A stretch of 63,070 nt of DNA, counting the filler, from Octopus bimaculoides (taxonomy: Eukaryota): NCBI RefSeq assembly GCF_001194135.2. It is 5 parts of 4 records of this genome, joined end to end, with 100 filler letters (N's around TTAATTAATTAA, not from the genome) between each part and the next. Parts side by side here need not be neighbours in the genome. Positions count along the whole stretch, not along the records: positions 48,257 to 58,785 come from NC_069008.1; positions 58,886 to 63,070 come from NC_068988.1; 3 more parts are not named here. One strand, 5' to 3'. This document shows positions 53,101 to 63,070 of the stretch, piece after piece. The notes under the pieces are model-generated. The model was not told the DNA's origin and made no database searches. It was given only the letters and a program-made list of their open reading frames with translations. Within the stretch, counting starts at the first letter, position 1; each line of letters begins with the position of its first letter. The position numbers were made by a program, and so were the translations under genes.

Positions 53101-53500
53101 ATGATGATGATATATGTATGTATATAAGTGTTGCATAAATTTGAAAAAAGTACTGTTTTTCTGATAAATTCTAGGCTCAAAATTGCTAGATTCTGCATTT
53201 AAAATGGCAACACTAGTGCTACATAGTTCCTCAGTTTGCTAGAAATAGCAGCCACATTTCCTTCACATCACACCAGTCAGTCTTTTACAGTTGAGAACTC
53301 TGTTGGATAATGTGACCCAGAGAATAGAATACCAAACAAAAGAATGGGATCATGACTGGAATGCTTTTGATCTCTCTGCCCAGGCAGAGATTAGTTTAAT
53401 ATAAATAATGTTACATGTGGAGAACTAGTTACAGTCTGCTAATAAAAAAAAATGAATGTGCAAACTTCACACAATGTTTTTTGATGTAATTTTAACAAAT

Positions 53501-53965
53501 TTAACCCTTCAGCATTTAAACAGGCCTTATCCATATCCAACCCAAATTTACTAGTTTTATGTTCAAACTGGTTAGATCCAGCCTTTCTTACTCTACGTCA
53601 TTCTAAAAATATACAATCACATCATTAAACTCTTAAAGCATTATGATAATGCATGATTGAGAGACCTGCATGCGGTGGATGTAGGTGTCTTCAAGATGAG
53701 GCTGGACCTCTTCCTGTCAGGTGTCCCAGATGAGCCAACTTCACGGCAGGAGGTGCAGATGAGAGCAACTGCATCAAACTCTCTCATGCACCAAATGTCA
53801 ATTCCTGAAGTAAAATTCCTGAAGTAAAATTGTGTAGCAACACCAAATGGCGGTGCCCCAGCATGGCCACAGCTCATGAGCTGAAACTAGATAAAATGAA
53901 AATAAAATGAAAATGAAATGAAATAAGCATTACATTTGACAATAATGTGGATGCTAAAATATTAA
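53501..53965. mobile_element. piggyBac-like non-autonomous element (TTAA TSD) interrupted by a LINE 3' end
   Basis: TTAA|CCCTTCAGCATT start and gatgctaaaata|TTAA end. It is homologous to the uninterrupted copy at 56218-56442 on both sides of the insertion. Confidence 0.7.
53657..53920 (+). mobile_element. CR1/L2-group LINE 3' end
   Basis: LRDLHAVDVGVFKMRLDLFLSGVPDEPT.....RATASNSLMHQ resembles the FK..LD..L..VPD.P...RAA.SNSL end of CR1-group ORF2. The tail ggcggtgccccagcatggccacag...ctgaaac is followed by an (AAATG)n-like run. Confidence 0.75.
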
Positions 53966-54104
53966 AAGTATTGTTCAGTTGTTTGAGTAAATGTTTAAAT
54001 CCATAATTTATCTGAATAGAAATATAAAATTTATTAATGAGGGTAGAAATTGATATTAATCAATTAAAACCAGTGGTCTAGCATATTAAAAAAATCCGAA
54101 GATT

Positions 54105-54246
54105 AAAATAATATTACATACAAAAATAAGAGGAATGACCAGCAAAAGTGGACTCCTATATGCTAGAAATAGATTCATCTATTTCTAGCATATAGGAGTC
54201 CACTTTTGCTGGTCATTCCTCTTATTTTTGTATGTAATATTATTTT
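54105..54246. repeat. Perfect inverted repeat with 70-bp arms and a 2-nt loop
   Basis: 54105-54174 is the exact reverse complement of 54177-54246 by manual comparison. Confidence 0.95.
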
Positions 54247-54652
54247 TGTATGAATAGAAATATAGTTAAACTTCCACTGCTGTGTCTTTGCTTTTTAAGC
54301 ATTCCCTATGTCTTACACTCTTTCATTATTTCAGAACACCAAATGAAAAAGGCATAAAATAATTTTTTACATTGTTTATCATGTTTTAAAGACTAAAGGC
54401 ATAGCTCTGCTTATATAGCCAAACGATAGAATTACTGTAATGTTTCCATTAAACTGAAACTAATAGCAAGATTTCTCTGTTACATTGTGTGAGACTTTTA
54501 CAAAATGATATTGTATGTGAATTTAAACTTGGATAAGTGTGCTGCATCACCAAGTAGTAATGAGCGCAAAGAATATGATGGACTCTTCCCTCGAAGACAA
54601 TATATGAGTGTTCGGCTTTTGCCAAATGACCTGCAGGTCAATTAACTTGTTT

Positions 54653-54962
54653 CATCGTCATCCTTTAACATCCATTGTCCATGCTGGCATGAGTTGGATG
54701 GGTTGACCAGGGCTGGTCAGCTGAGGAGCTGCACTAGACGTCTGATTTGGCATGGTCTCTACGGCTGGATGTCTCTGGGAGTGTAATGGGTGCTTTTACA
54801 TGCCACCAGCATGGGTGCCAGTTGCATGAAGCCAGTATCTAGCATGACTATGATTTCACTTGGCTTGACAGGTCTTCTCAAGCACGGCATATTGCCAAAG
54901 GTCACAGTTACTTATCATTGCCTCTGTGAGGCCCAACATTCAAAGATCATGTTTCATCACCT
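54653..54962 (-). mobile_element. RTE-like LINE 3' UTR
   Basis: catcgtcatcctttaacatccattgtccatgctggcatgagttggatgg...ggtcttctcaagcacggcatattgccaaagg is the reverse complement of the 58200-58742 region. Confidence 0.8.
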
Positions 54963-55022
54963 GAATTAAATAACTGGTGATCAAATGTTCATGCCACACA
55001 TTAGCTCACTCTCTCTCCATTT

Positions 55023-55088
<66 letters not shown>

Positions 55089-55254
55089 TACATATAATCT
55101 ATTATGGTATAATGGAAAAGTTTATACGAATATAGTAGTGAAAATACTTGTACTAAACTGTAAAAACGAAAACAGAAAAAATTCATATATTGTGGTGAGA
55201 AAGAAAAATAATAGAAAAATTAATTATATTTTCCCGAAAAGAGGTCAAAAGAGA

Positions 55255-55375
55255 TGAGAAAATCACCAAACTTCAGTGCTATCTGTGGTAAATCATTCTC
55301 TTAAAAAGTGTAACCTACTCTACACAAACATACTGATGAAGGGGAGAAAACTTTATCATTTGATATTTAGTAAAT
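55255..55375 (+). pseudogene. Highly decayed C2H2 zinc-finger remnant
   Basis: tgtggtaaatcattctct (CGKSFS)...cacaaacatact (HKHT)..ggggagaaa (GEK), with stops and frameshifts. Confidence 0.55.
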
Positions 55376-55417
55376 CTGGTTTGCAAGATTTTGTATGTGA
55401 ATTCATGTGTTGAAGCA

Positions 55418-55898
55418 AATCTTGTTGTGTCTAGGGAGAGTCATTATATAATTATTCACTCACACACTGATTTAATTCCATTCATTTACTAAATATCCGA
55501 TTTTTTTTCTTTTGTCAAAGCTCTTTCATTGCTTTTTACAACCTTCTCACTGTCAACTCTGTCTGTTATTGAGGGCACGTCTGTTTGCCTGAGATTTTGT
55601 TACCAGTGTGTGTGTGCATGTGTATATATGTATGTATGTATGTATGCATGCATGTTTGTATGCATGTACATACATACACAAGCAAACACATACACACAAC
55701 AAAATCTCAAACAGACAAACAAATGCACCTTCTATAACAAACAGTTGATAGTCACTGAGTCACAGAGAAGGTTGCAAAAAAGCAAAGGAAGAGCTTTAAC
55801 TAAAACAATCAGATATATGATAAATGAGTGGAGTTGAACCAGTGTGTGTGTGTGTTAATTATATTGGCGTGTTGACTCTCCCTAGACACAACAAAATT
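55418..55898. repeat. Imperfect inverted pair of an approximately 230-bp repeat
   Basis: The outer 26 bp match at 25/26 (55418-55443 vs 55873-55898). Similarity continues inward (aaagctct, caaccttctc, gagattttgtt) to a central microsatellite. Confidence 0.85.
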
Positions 55899-55899
55899 A

Positions 55900-56105
55900 A
55901 GTAAATCATTCTCCATAAATGAACACATAGCCATACTGATACAAGAGGAAAGGCATGTCGTGATATCCTGTGGTAAATAATTTTCTGATGGAAGTCATTT
56001 TACCAAACACAAATGTATTCATAAAGGAGAGAAGCCATATTACTGTGATCTGTGGTATATCATTCTCTTCAAAAACTACTTTGACCACATGTATGTATTC
56101 ATATA
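55900..56105 (+). pseudogene. Decayed C2H2 zinc-finger array remnant
   Basis: CGK*FSDGSHFTKHKCIHKGEKPYYCD(frameshift)CGISFSSKTTLTT, with a canonical H-x-GEKPY-x-C linker, a stop and frameshifts. Confidence 0.8.
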
Positions 56106-56217
56106 AGAAATCTTTTAAATGTTTTCCTTTGCCACAGAGGGGTTTAGCCATAGCACAAATGAAATTCGTTGTAGTTTGTTGTGAGGCAGCATTTATGACT
56201 GGTTGTTCTTTCTGATG

Positions 56218-56442
56218 TTAACCCTTTAGCATTTAAACTGACTATATCCTGCCAAAACATTCTACCTGTTTTATTGTTGAAACTGGCCTGACTGAGCCTT
56301 TCACATCTACTACAATGTCATCCTAAGAATAAAGTCATGTTACCAGAATCTCAAAGCTATGAGATAATGCATGACTAATTCAAAACAATTTGATTAAATA
56401 AGCGTTACATTTGACATAGTAATCTGAATGTAAAAGGATTAA
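56218..56442. mobile_element. piggyBac-like MITE (TTAA TSD)
   Basis: TTAA|CCCTTTAGCATT ... AATGTAAAAGGA|TTAA (TIR match 9/12); homologous to 53501-53965. Confidence 0.7.
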
Positions 56443-57054
56443 ATCTTTTAGTCACCCCTTATGACATGTAGGAATACATACCTATTCTAAAACAGGTATT
56501 GCTTAACTAAAATGCCTTATCATCATGGAGGCCTTCTAAGTGGCCTTTTCTGATCTCTTGAAATACCACTCAGTAACTGCAAGGGTCCAGCTGTTGTCTG
56601 TGAACCTTGTGACATGTCTAATCCAACAGAACATATGCTTTCAGCATTCTGCAATCACATCGTTCACTCCACTCTGTTCTCAAATTATCTCATTTCAAAT
56701 ATGCTCTCCTAATGATATTCCCAGAATGACTTATTCCTTGGCACTTTATATCACAGCTAATCAATGTTGACTATAAATGTAGTCATGAAGGTAGATATAA
56801 CAGTGTGATAAAAACTTCCTTACACTGTATTTTACATCAGCAATACTATATCTCTGAAGACTCATGTATATTTACTTTAATATTTTTCCAGAAAGATATT
56901 TTTAATTTCACATTGTGGAGTAATAACAGAGAAATGTATATTTCAGCAGTTATAGTGCCATTGTACAATCATTACATTATAAATAAATCCTCAAACCATT
57001 AAAGAAGATATTTCATTATACAATAATAGATTAAAAGGGTAAAGGATAAAGACC

Positions 57055-57400
57055 TGCTTCAGTCATGACAGACCATGGGATTGCACCTAGAAAATTTTAC
57101 TCCAAGGCACAAGTCCAGGCAATATTGTTTATGGAAGACCAGCAGTCGCCCATGTTTACTGGTCTCCCCTCTCCACGCCACTAATGTTATACAAGGGAAA
57201 GGCAAAGGTCGATGCAGCTTGGCACCAGTGATGTCGCAACTCATTTCTACAGCTGAGTGAACTGGAGCAACGTGAAATAAAGTGTCTTGCTCAAGAACAC
57301 AACACACAGCCCAGTCCATGAATCAAACTCAGTACNNNNNNNNNNAACTGAACTCACTACCTCATGATTGTGAATCCGACACTCTAACCATTGAGCCATG
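57055..57400 (-). mobile_element. tRNA-derived SINE sharing the family C central domain but with a different 3' tail
   Basis: Minus strand reads catggctcaatggttagagtgtcggattcacaatc..., then tgtgttcttgagcaagacactttatttcacgttgctccagttcactcagctg. Confidence 0.8.
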
Positions 57401-57434
57401 TACTTTCACCATTATAGATTACATGTATAATATA

Positions 57435-57471
<37 letters not shown>

Positions 57472-57676
57472 AGTGTCTTTTATATTCTTTCATGTATCTT
57501 CTTGTGTGTCTTGTTTGTATGTATCCCATCATAGAAATGGTTCTGATGCTGCTTTAAACTTTATATAATGCTACTTTTTATTTATAATATGATTCTATCA
57601 TGACTTGATTGTTAACTGAATGTGAACTTATCTTTAACTAAATATGAATACAAAATGAAGAATATTTGATGAATTA

Positions 57677-57840
57677 GGTGCGAGAGTGGTTGTTTGGTAA
57701 GAAATTGGTTTCCTAACCACATGCTCCCAGGTTCAGTCCCACTGCATGGCATCTTAGGCAAGTCTCTTTTACTCAAGCCCCAGGCAGACCAAAGCCTTGT
57801 AAATGGATTTAGTGGATGGAAACTGAAAGAAGCCCATCGT
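57677..57840 (+). mobile_element. SINE family A, 5' half, fused directly to an RTE fragment
   Basis: gagtggttgtttggtaag...caggttcagtcccactgcatggcatctt...gaaactgaaagaagcccatcgt. Confidence 0.85.
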
Positions 57841-58741
57841 CAGAGTGAGAAGCAGACTGTATGATGCTTGTGTGTGAACAGCTATGCAACACAGCAGTAA
57901 ATCATGGGCTGTGACTACCAAGGACATGTGTAGGCTTGAAAGAAATAAAGCTAACATGCTTCACTGGATGTGCAATGTCAGTGTGCATGTATGACAGAGC
58001 GTAAATGCCTTGAGAGAAAAGTTGGGCATAAGAGGCATCAGATGTGGTGTGAAGGCAAGACGACTGCATTGGAATGTGTATGGACGAGGACAACTGCATA
58101 AAGAAGTGCTGTGGAGGGAACCTATGGCAGAGGTAGACCCAGAAAGACATGCGACGAGGTGGTGAAGCACGACCTTCAGATGTTGACTCTTATGGAAGCA
58201 ATGACATGTGACTGAGACCTTTGGCGATATGCCATGCTTGAGAAGACCCATCAAGCCAATTGTAATCATAGTTGTGGCTGATGCTAATGTCATGTAACTG
58301 GCACCCATGGCAGTGGAACATATAAAAGTACCTTTGAAGCGTTGGGCCTCACAGAGGCAATGTGGTCAATGCTAATGTTGTGCAACTAGCACCTATGCCC
58401 GTGGCACATAAAAAGCACCTTTCAAGTATTGGGCCTCACAGAGGCAGTGATAAATGATTGAGACCTTCAGCAATATGCTATGCTTGAGCAGAAGACCCAT
58501 CAAGCCAAGTAAAATGATAGTCGTGGCAGACACTGGTGTCACACAAGTGGCACTCGTGCCAGTGGCATGTAAAAGCATCCACTACACTCTCAGAATGGTT
58601 GGTGTTAAGAAGGGCATCCAACCGTAGAAACCATGCCATGCCAAGCCAGACTGGAGTCTTGTGCAGCCCCTAAGCTTACCAGCCTTGGTCAAACCGTCCA
58701 ACTCATGCCAGCATGGACAACGGACATTACATGATGATGAG

Positions 58742-58742
<1 letters not shown>
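57841..58742 (+). mobile_element. RTE-clade LINE, 5'-truncated (ORF C-terminus + 3' UTR + (GAT)n tail)
   Basis: RVRSRLYDACV*TAMQHSSKSWAVT..DM.RLERN.A.MLHWMCNVS...LREKLGIRGI...RRLHW...GRGRPRKT.DEVV..DL....DLWRYA..EKT. Confidence 0.92.
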
Positions 58743-58775
<33 letters not shown>

Positions 58776-59957
58776 AATATATATANNNNNNNNNNNNNNN
58801 NNNNNNNNNNNNNNNNNNNNNNNNNNNNNTTAATTAATTAANNNNNNNNNNNNNNNNNNNNNNNNNNNNNNNNNNNNNNNNNNNNCACACACACACACAC
58901 ACACACACACACAAGCACAAACACACACACACATACATATATATGTACATACATACATGCATACATACATACATTCATACATACATACATGCATACATAC
59001 ATACATACATACATACGCATATACACAAGCACACACAGGCACAAACACAAACATGTAAACGTGCATACATACACAAGGTGACACTAGGCGCACATACATC
59101 CATACACAGAAAAGCATATTGTATAAGAAATAGAAGACAAATCTCTCTGAAATCACACTTGGACACTTTAGAGGAGAGCAAAAGGGGGGGGGGCGCAGAA
59201 AGCCTACTATGTAGTCCATCATTTAAGATAAGATGGAAAGGTCATAGATGGAACGGCTTTCATAGCTTTGCTCGATCAACAATATAAACAAATGTGCATA
59301 GGCGCACATATATAAGGAGAGGCATATACTCTCAAAGAAACATACATTTATATATATATATATATATATATNNNNNNNNNNNNNNNNNNNNNNNNNNNNN
59401 NNNNNNNNNNNNNNNNNNNNNNNNNNNNNNNNNNNNNNNNNNNNNNNNNNNNNNNNNNNNNNNNNNNNNNNNNNNNNNNNNNNNNNNNNNNNNNNNNNNN
59501 NNNNNNNNNNNNNNNNNNNNNNNNNNNNNNNNNNNNNNNNNNNNNNNNNNNNNNNNNNNNNNNNNNNNNNNNNNNNNNNNNNNNNNNNNNNNNNNNNNNN
59601 NNNNNNNNNNNNNNNNNNNNNNNNNNNNNNNNNNNNNNNNNNNNNNNNNNNNNNNNNNNNNNNNNNNNNNNNNNNNNNNNNNNNNNNNNNNNNNNNNNNN
59701 NNNNNNNNNNNNNNNNNNNNNNNNNNNNNNNNNNNNNNNNNNNNNNNNNNNNNNNNNNNNNNNNNNNNNNNNNNNNNNNNNNNNNNNNNNNNNNNNNNNN
59801 NNNNNNNNNNNNNNNNNNNNNNNNNNNNNNNNNNNNNNNNNNNNNNNNNNNNNNNNNNNNNNNNNNNNNNNNNNNNNNNNNNNNNNNNNNNNNNNNNNNN
59901 NNNNNNNNNNNNNNNNNNNNNNNNNGTCGAGTTCCAGAGTATCCTTGCAATTTCGGC

Positions 59958-60236
59958 TGGTTATACTCGAGATTGCTCCAATCTGGCTAGCCTCAAGGAA
60001 AAACTAAGCTAAGAGCATCAGATTCCTTGAAAGAAAGCAGCGAATGTATACGAAAACACGGACGGTAAAAAACGGAGAATGTTACACAATTACAAATACA
60101 AACAACAGGACATAACAATAGGTGTCTTTCGACTAAGGACGAATTGAATTAGGCTGGTGTGTGTGGAAGTAAAGCCTTACGGCAGGGACATAAGATTTGA
60201 CAGACGCTGGGAGGAATATAGATGTTGCACGGATGG
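59958..60236 (+). mobile_element. Unclassified interspersed repeat (same family as 31690-31959)
   Basis: Reverse-complement match to 31690-31959. Confidence 0.8.
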
Positions 60237-60453
60237 TAGTCGAACCAAGAAAGAAAGGTTAGGCTTGGCCGAACACCGGTCACGTGGGGAGACCGGTGTT
60301 CGGCCAAGCCTGAACTTTCTATGTCACTGCCGTAAGGAAATAAATACTGGGGTCAGTTTGTTAACTAAAACCCGTCAATGCGGTGCTTCAGCATGGCCGC
60401 AGTGCAATGACTAAAACAAATAAAAGATATTAATTTCAAAGAAGTACAAAACT

Positions 60454-60785
60454 CTAATCTCTTTCGAAGTAGGATCCTCTGACTTCAGTACCTTAGGTGT
60501 TACTTTCCAGCTACTTCGTGAATGCTCCATGGAAGTTCTCCGAAGTGAAAATATCCGGGACCCTTGTCTCCGCCCCCTTCATCTACTTTATGTTGGAGAA
60601 CAACCAAAAGTCACAGGGAGAAAGGTCTGGCCAGTAGGGAAGGTGAGAGACGATTTTGATACTCATCTGCGTCATGTAGTTGGTTACCAAAATGGAATTG
60701 TGGGCGAATGCATTGTCGTGGTGCAGGTGTTCTAGCCTTTGCAATGAAATATCGTCTTGAACTCCTTCAAAACTTCCACAAAGTG
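60454..60785 (-). mobile_element. mariner (DD34D) transposase C-terminal remnant
   Basis: LHHDNAFAHNS.LV.....IK.V.HLPYWPDL(frameshift)SPCDFWLF...F.GAF.K*LE....EVRGSYFERD*. The D-to-D spacing is 34 after correcting one frameshift. Confidence 0.9.
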
Positions 60786-60809
60786 CTCTTTGTTGGCCGC
60801 CTGACTAGA

Positions 60810-60976
60810 AGCTTAGCAGCATTACGTCCGTCTTCACGTTCTGCGTTCAAATTCCGCCGAGGTGACTTTGCCTTTCATCCTTAGGGGTCAGTAAAATAAG
60901 TACCAGTTGAGTGCTGGGGTCGATGACATCGACTTATCCCTTCCTCCAAAGCTGCTGGCCTTGTGCCAAAATTTGA

Positions 60977-60978
<2 letters not shown>
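60810..60978 (+). mobile_element. SINE family B
   Basis: gttctgcgttcaaattccgccgaggtgactttgcctttcatcc...ggccttgtgccaaaatttgaaa. Confidence 0.85.
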
Positions 60979-61221
<243 letters not shown>

Positions 61222-61499
61222 ATTTCATTTCGTTCTGAATTTACATTCTCTTTGTTAATTTCATTCTCTTCAAATTTCAGGAATTTTGCCAAAGTTAGAA
61301 ATCGTTTACCATGTAGACTATACATTTATGGAAAAGCTCTCAAAGCCAGAGAATTATACCAGCAAAAATAGCTTTCGACTATTTCCTCAACTCTAAGAGT
61401 GACAGATGCGATGATTATGCCGAGATAATGTTTTAAACCCTGTACCTGTTCAAACCATTTTCAGAAGTTTGTCCCGAACATCTATGTTTGTCTTCAGAC

Positions 61500-61850
61500 A
61501 TTTAGTTATCCCATGTTTCACCTTGTTCAAACACTTTATTAGCAGTCGATGGTAAGGTGCATGAAAAACTTGTAACTTTCTCTGAGATACAAGTTGTGCT
61601 AAACATTTGTATCCGGTAGCTGCAGATCTTCCCGGTGGTCTTTCTTAGCCTGGCCATTTGTACCAGTGAAGAAACAGATTCTCAGATCATACAAGTTAAT
61701 CCATAAGCAGTTTGAAGCATTTCTCAAGTTTCTGTGGCATTTCTCAAGTTTCTGTGGCATTTCTCAAGTTTCTATGGCATTTTTATTCAGTTTAACACAA
61801 AATTTCATTGCATAGCGAGCTTCCAATTTTTCTTCATGTTCCGACCACAT
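61500..61850 (-). mobile_element. mariner transposase N-terminal remnant with an internal 20-bp triplication
   Basis: MWSEHEEKLEARYAMKFCVKLNKNAIET*EM...EMLQTAYG resembles EQRYAIKFC.KLGK.A.ET.EMLQ.AYG. The unit gcatttctcaagtttctgtg occurs three times at 61717-61776. Confidence 0.8.
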
Positions 61851-62634
61851 TCTGCAGACCAGATGGTCTGCAACTACGAATTTTAAATAAACGTGCTGCT
61901 ATTGTCTTGGTTGTACTTGAATGATTAATAAACCAGAGCATTATCATTTGTGTTGTGGTCTTGTTGCTGTGGTAGGATGATAAATCGGCTTAGTCGATAA
62001 TTTTTGAGCCATAACTCTGCTAAAAGAATTTGGGTTTTGGTGCTAGCTGTTAAAGGTTTTGTCGTGGCAGCACAAACTTAACCTTCAAGATAATTTCTAC
62101 TTCAACCAACATTACAGAAGCTTGGGTGTAGCTGTATTCGGTTTTGGTGTATCTGCATTTGACATCGATGTACCTCAATGCGTTAGAGATTTTCTAACTC
62201 TATCGGAGTCACTCTATTATACAACAGCATTTGCTTGGCAGTAAAAGTTATTGACCATCAGTTGAAACTGTTTAGTGCATCATGTTCTTGATTCGTCAGA
62301 GATGTCTCCTCTCGTTAATCACGCGAGTGTTGGATCCTGAGGCCTTATTGCGAAAGTTGGATTTACTAAGGAGTACACTAGTAGAACTTGGGTACAGTGA
62401 ACTTGTGCCCGCAAATACAGAAGGCATCACCAGCGAATCAGAAATTGTGGCGATTCACATCGAACAGAAGGAAAATGAAGTGAACGCGAATTAACCAGGG
62501 AGGATTAACAGGAATTAAATATGAATAACCAGAAACTGATTGTGAACTCAATAACTCAGCACCAACAGAAGGAATCCCCGATAAAAGCGAAACGAAGCAA
62601 GGACAGAAAGTAACGGTTAAACGTTCACAAGGAC

Positions 62635-62882
62635 CTGGTGTCGATCAGACATCTACATTAGTAGAGGGCTGAGGAAATTACCTTGGATGAAATAAGTTTG
62701 GCCTCAGTATATTCTGAGTTCAAATCTCGTTAGAGTTCTACTTTTGCGTTTCATCCTTCTGGTGTCGATCAGACATCTACATTAGTAGAGGGCCGAGGAA
62801 ATTACCTTGGATGAAATAAGTTTGGCCTCAGTATATTCTGAGTTCAAATCTCGTTAGAGTTCTACTTTTGCGTTTCATCCTT
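62635..62882. repeat. Tandem duplication of a 124-bp unit containing a decayed SINE B-box segment
   Basis: 62635-62758 and 62759-62882 differ at one base (gggctgagg vs gggccgagg). Confidence 0.95.
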
Positions 62883-62988
62883 TGCTGAGCTGAATACAAT
62901 AAAGACCGGTTAAATGATGAAGTCGAAGTCGACCAAACCAATTAAAACACTTCCCACCATCGTTTGTGGCCTCATGCCTATCATATTA

Positions 62989-62997
62989 GCAGTAGTG

Positions 62998-63070
<73 letters not shown>
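62989..63070. repeat. (CAG)n to (TAG)n microsatellite at the window end
   Basis: Read directly. Confidence 0.97.

Overview
AT-rich, microsatellite-dense eukaryotic DNA from a gapped draft assembly. The repertoire of tRNA-derived SINEs, RTE/R4/CR1 LINEs, Penelope, Helitron, mariner and C2H2 'GEKPY-CDICG' remnants points to an octopod cephalopod genome; this is an inference from repeat-family recognition, not a database result. I cannot support any intact host protein-coding gene, rRNA, tRNA gene or CRISPR array. The window is essentially a transposon graveyard: three to four R4/Dong-like RLE non-LTR pieces (1-4 kb, 8.7-9 kb), Helitron PIF1-helicase remnants (29-31.6 kb), a Merlin (ISXO2/IS1595-like) deletion derivative with TIRs and TSD (42462-43815), a decayed Ty3/Gypsy element (43852-46928), a Penelope-like element with RT and GIY-YIG (minus strand, 48.4-52.1 kb), piggyBac-like TTAA MITEs, RTE and CR1-like LINE 3' ends, split mariner remnants, decayed C2H2 zinc fingers and more than ten SINEs. 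The most unusual observations are a hammerhead-ribozyme core trapped in a fold-back palindrome at the end of the Penelope element, a perfect 70-bp-arm hairpin, the Merlin element, and a shared SINE/LINE 3' tail visible within the window. Several exon-like segments are listed only as low-confidence leads. I see no convincing wholly new biological system.
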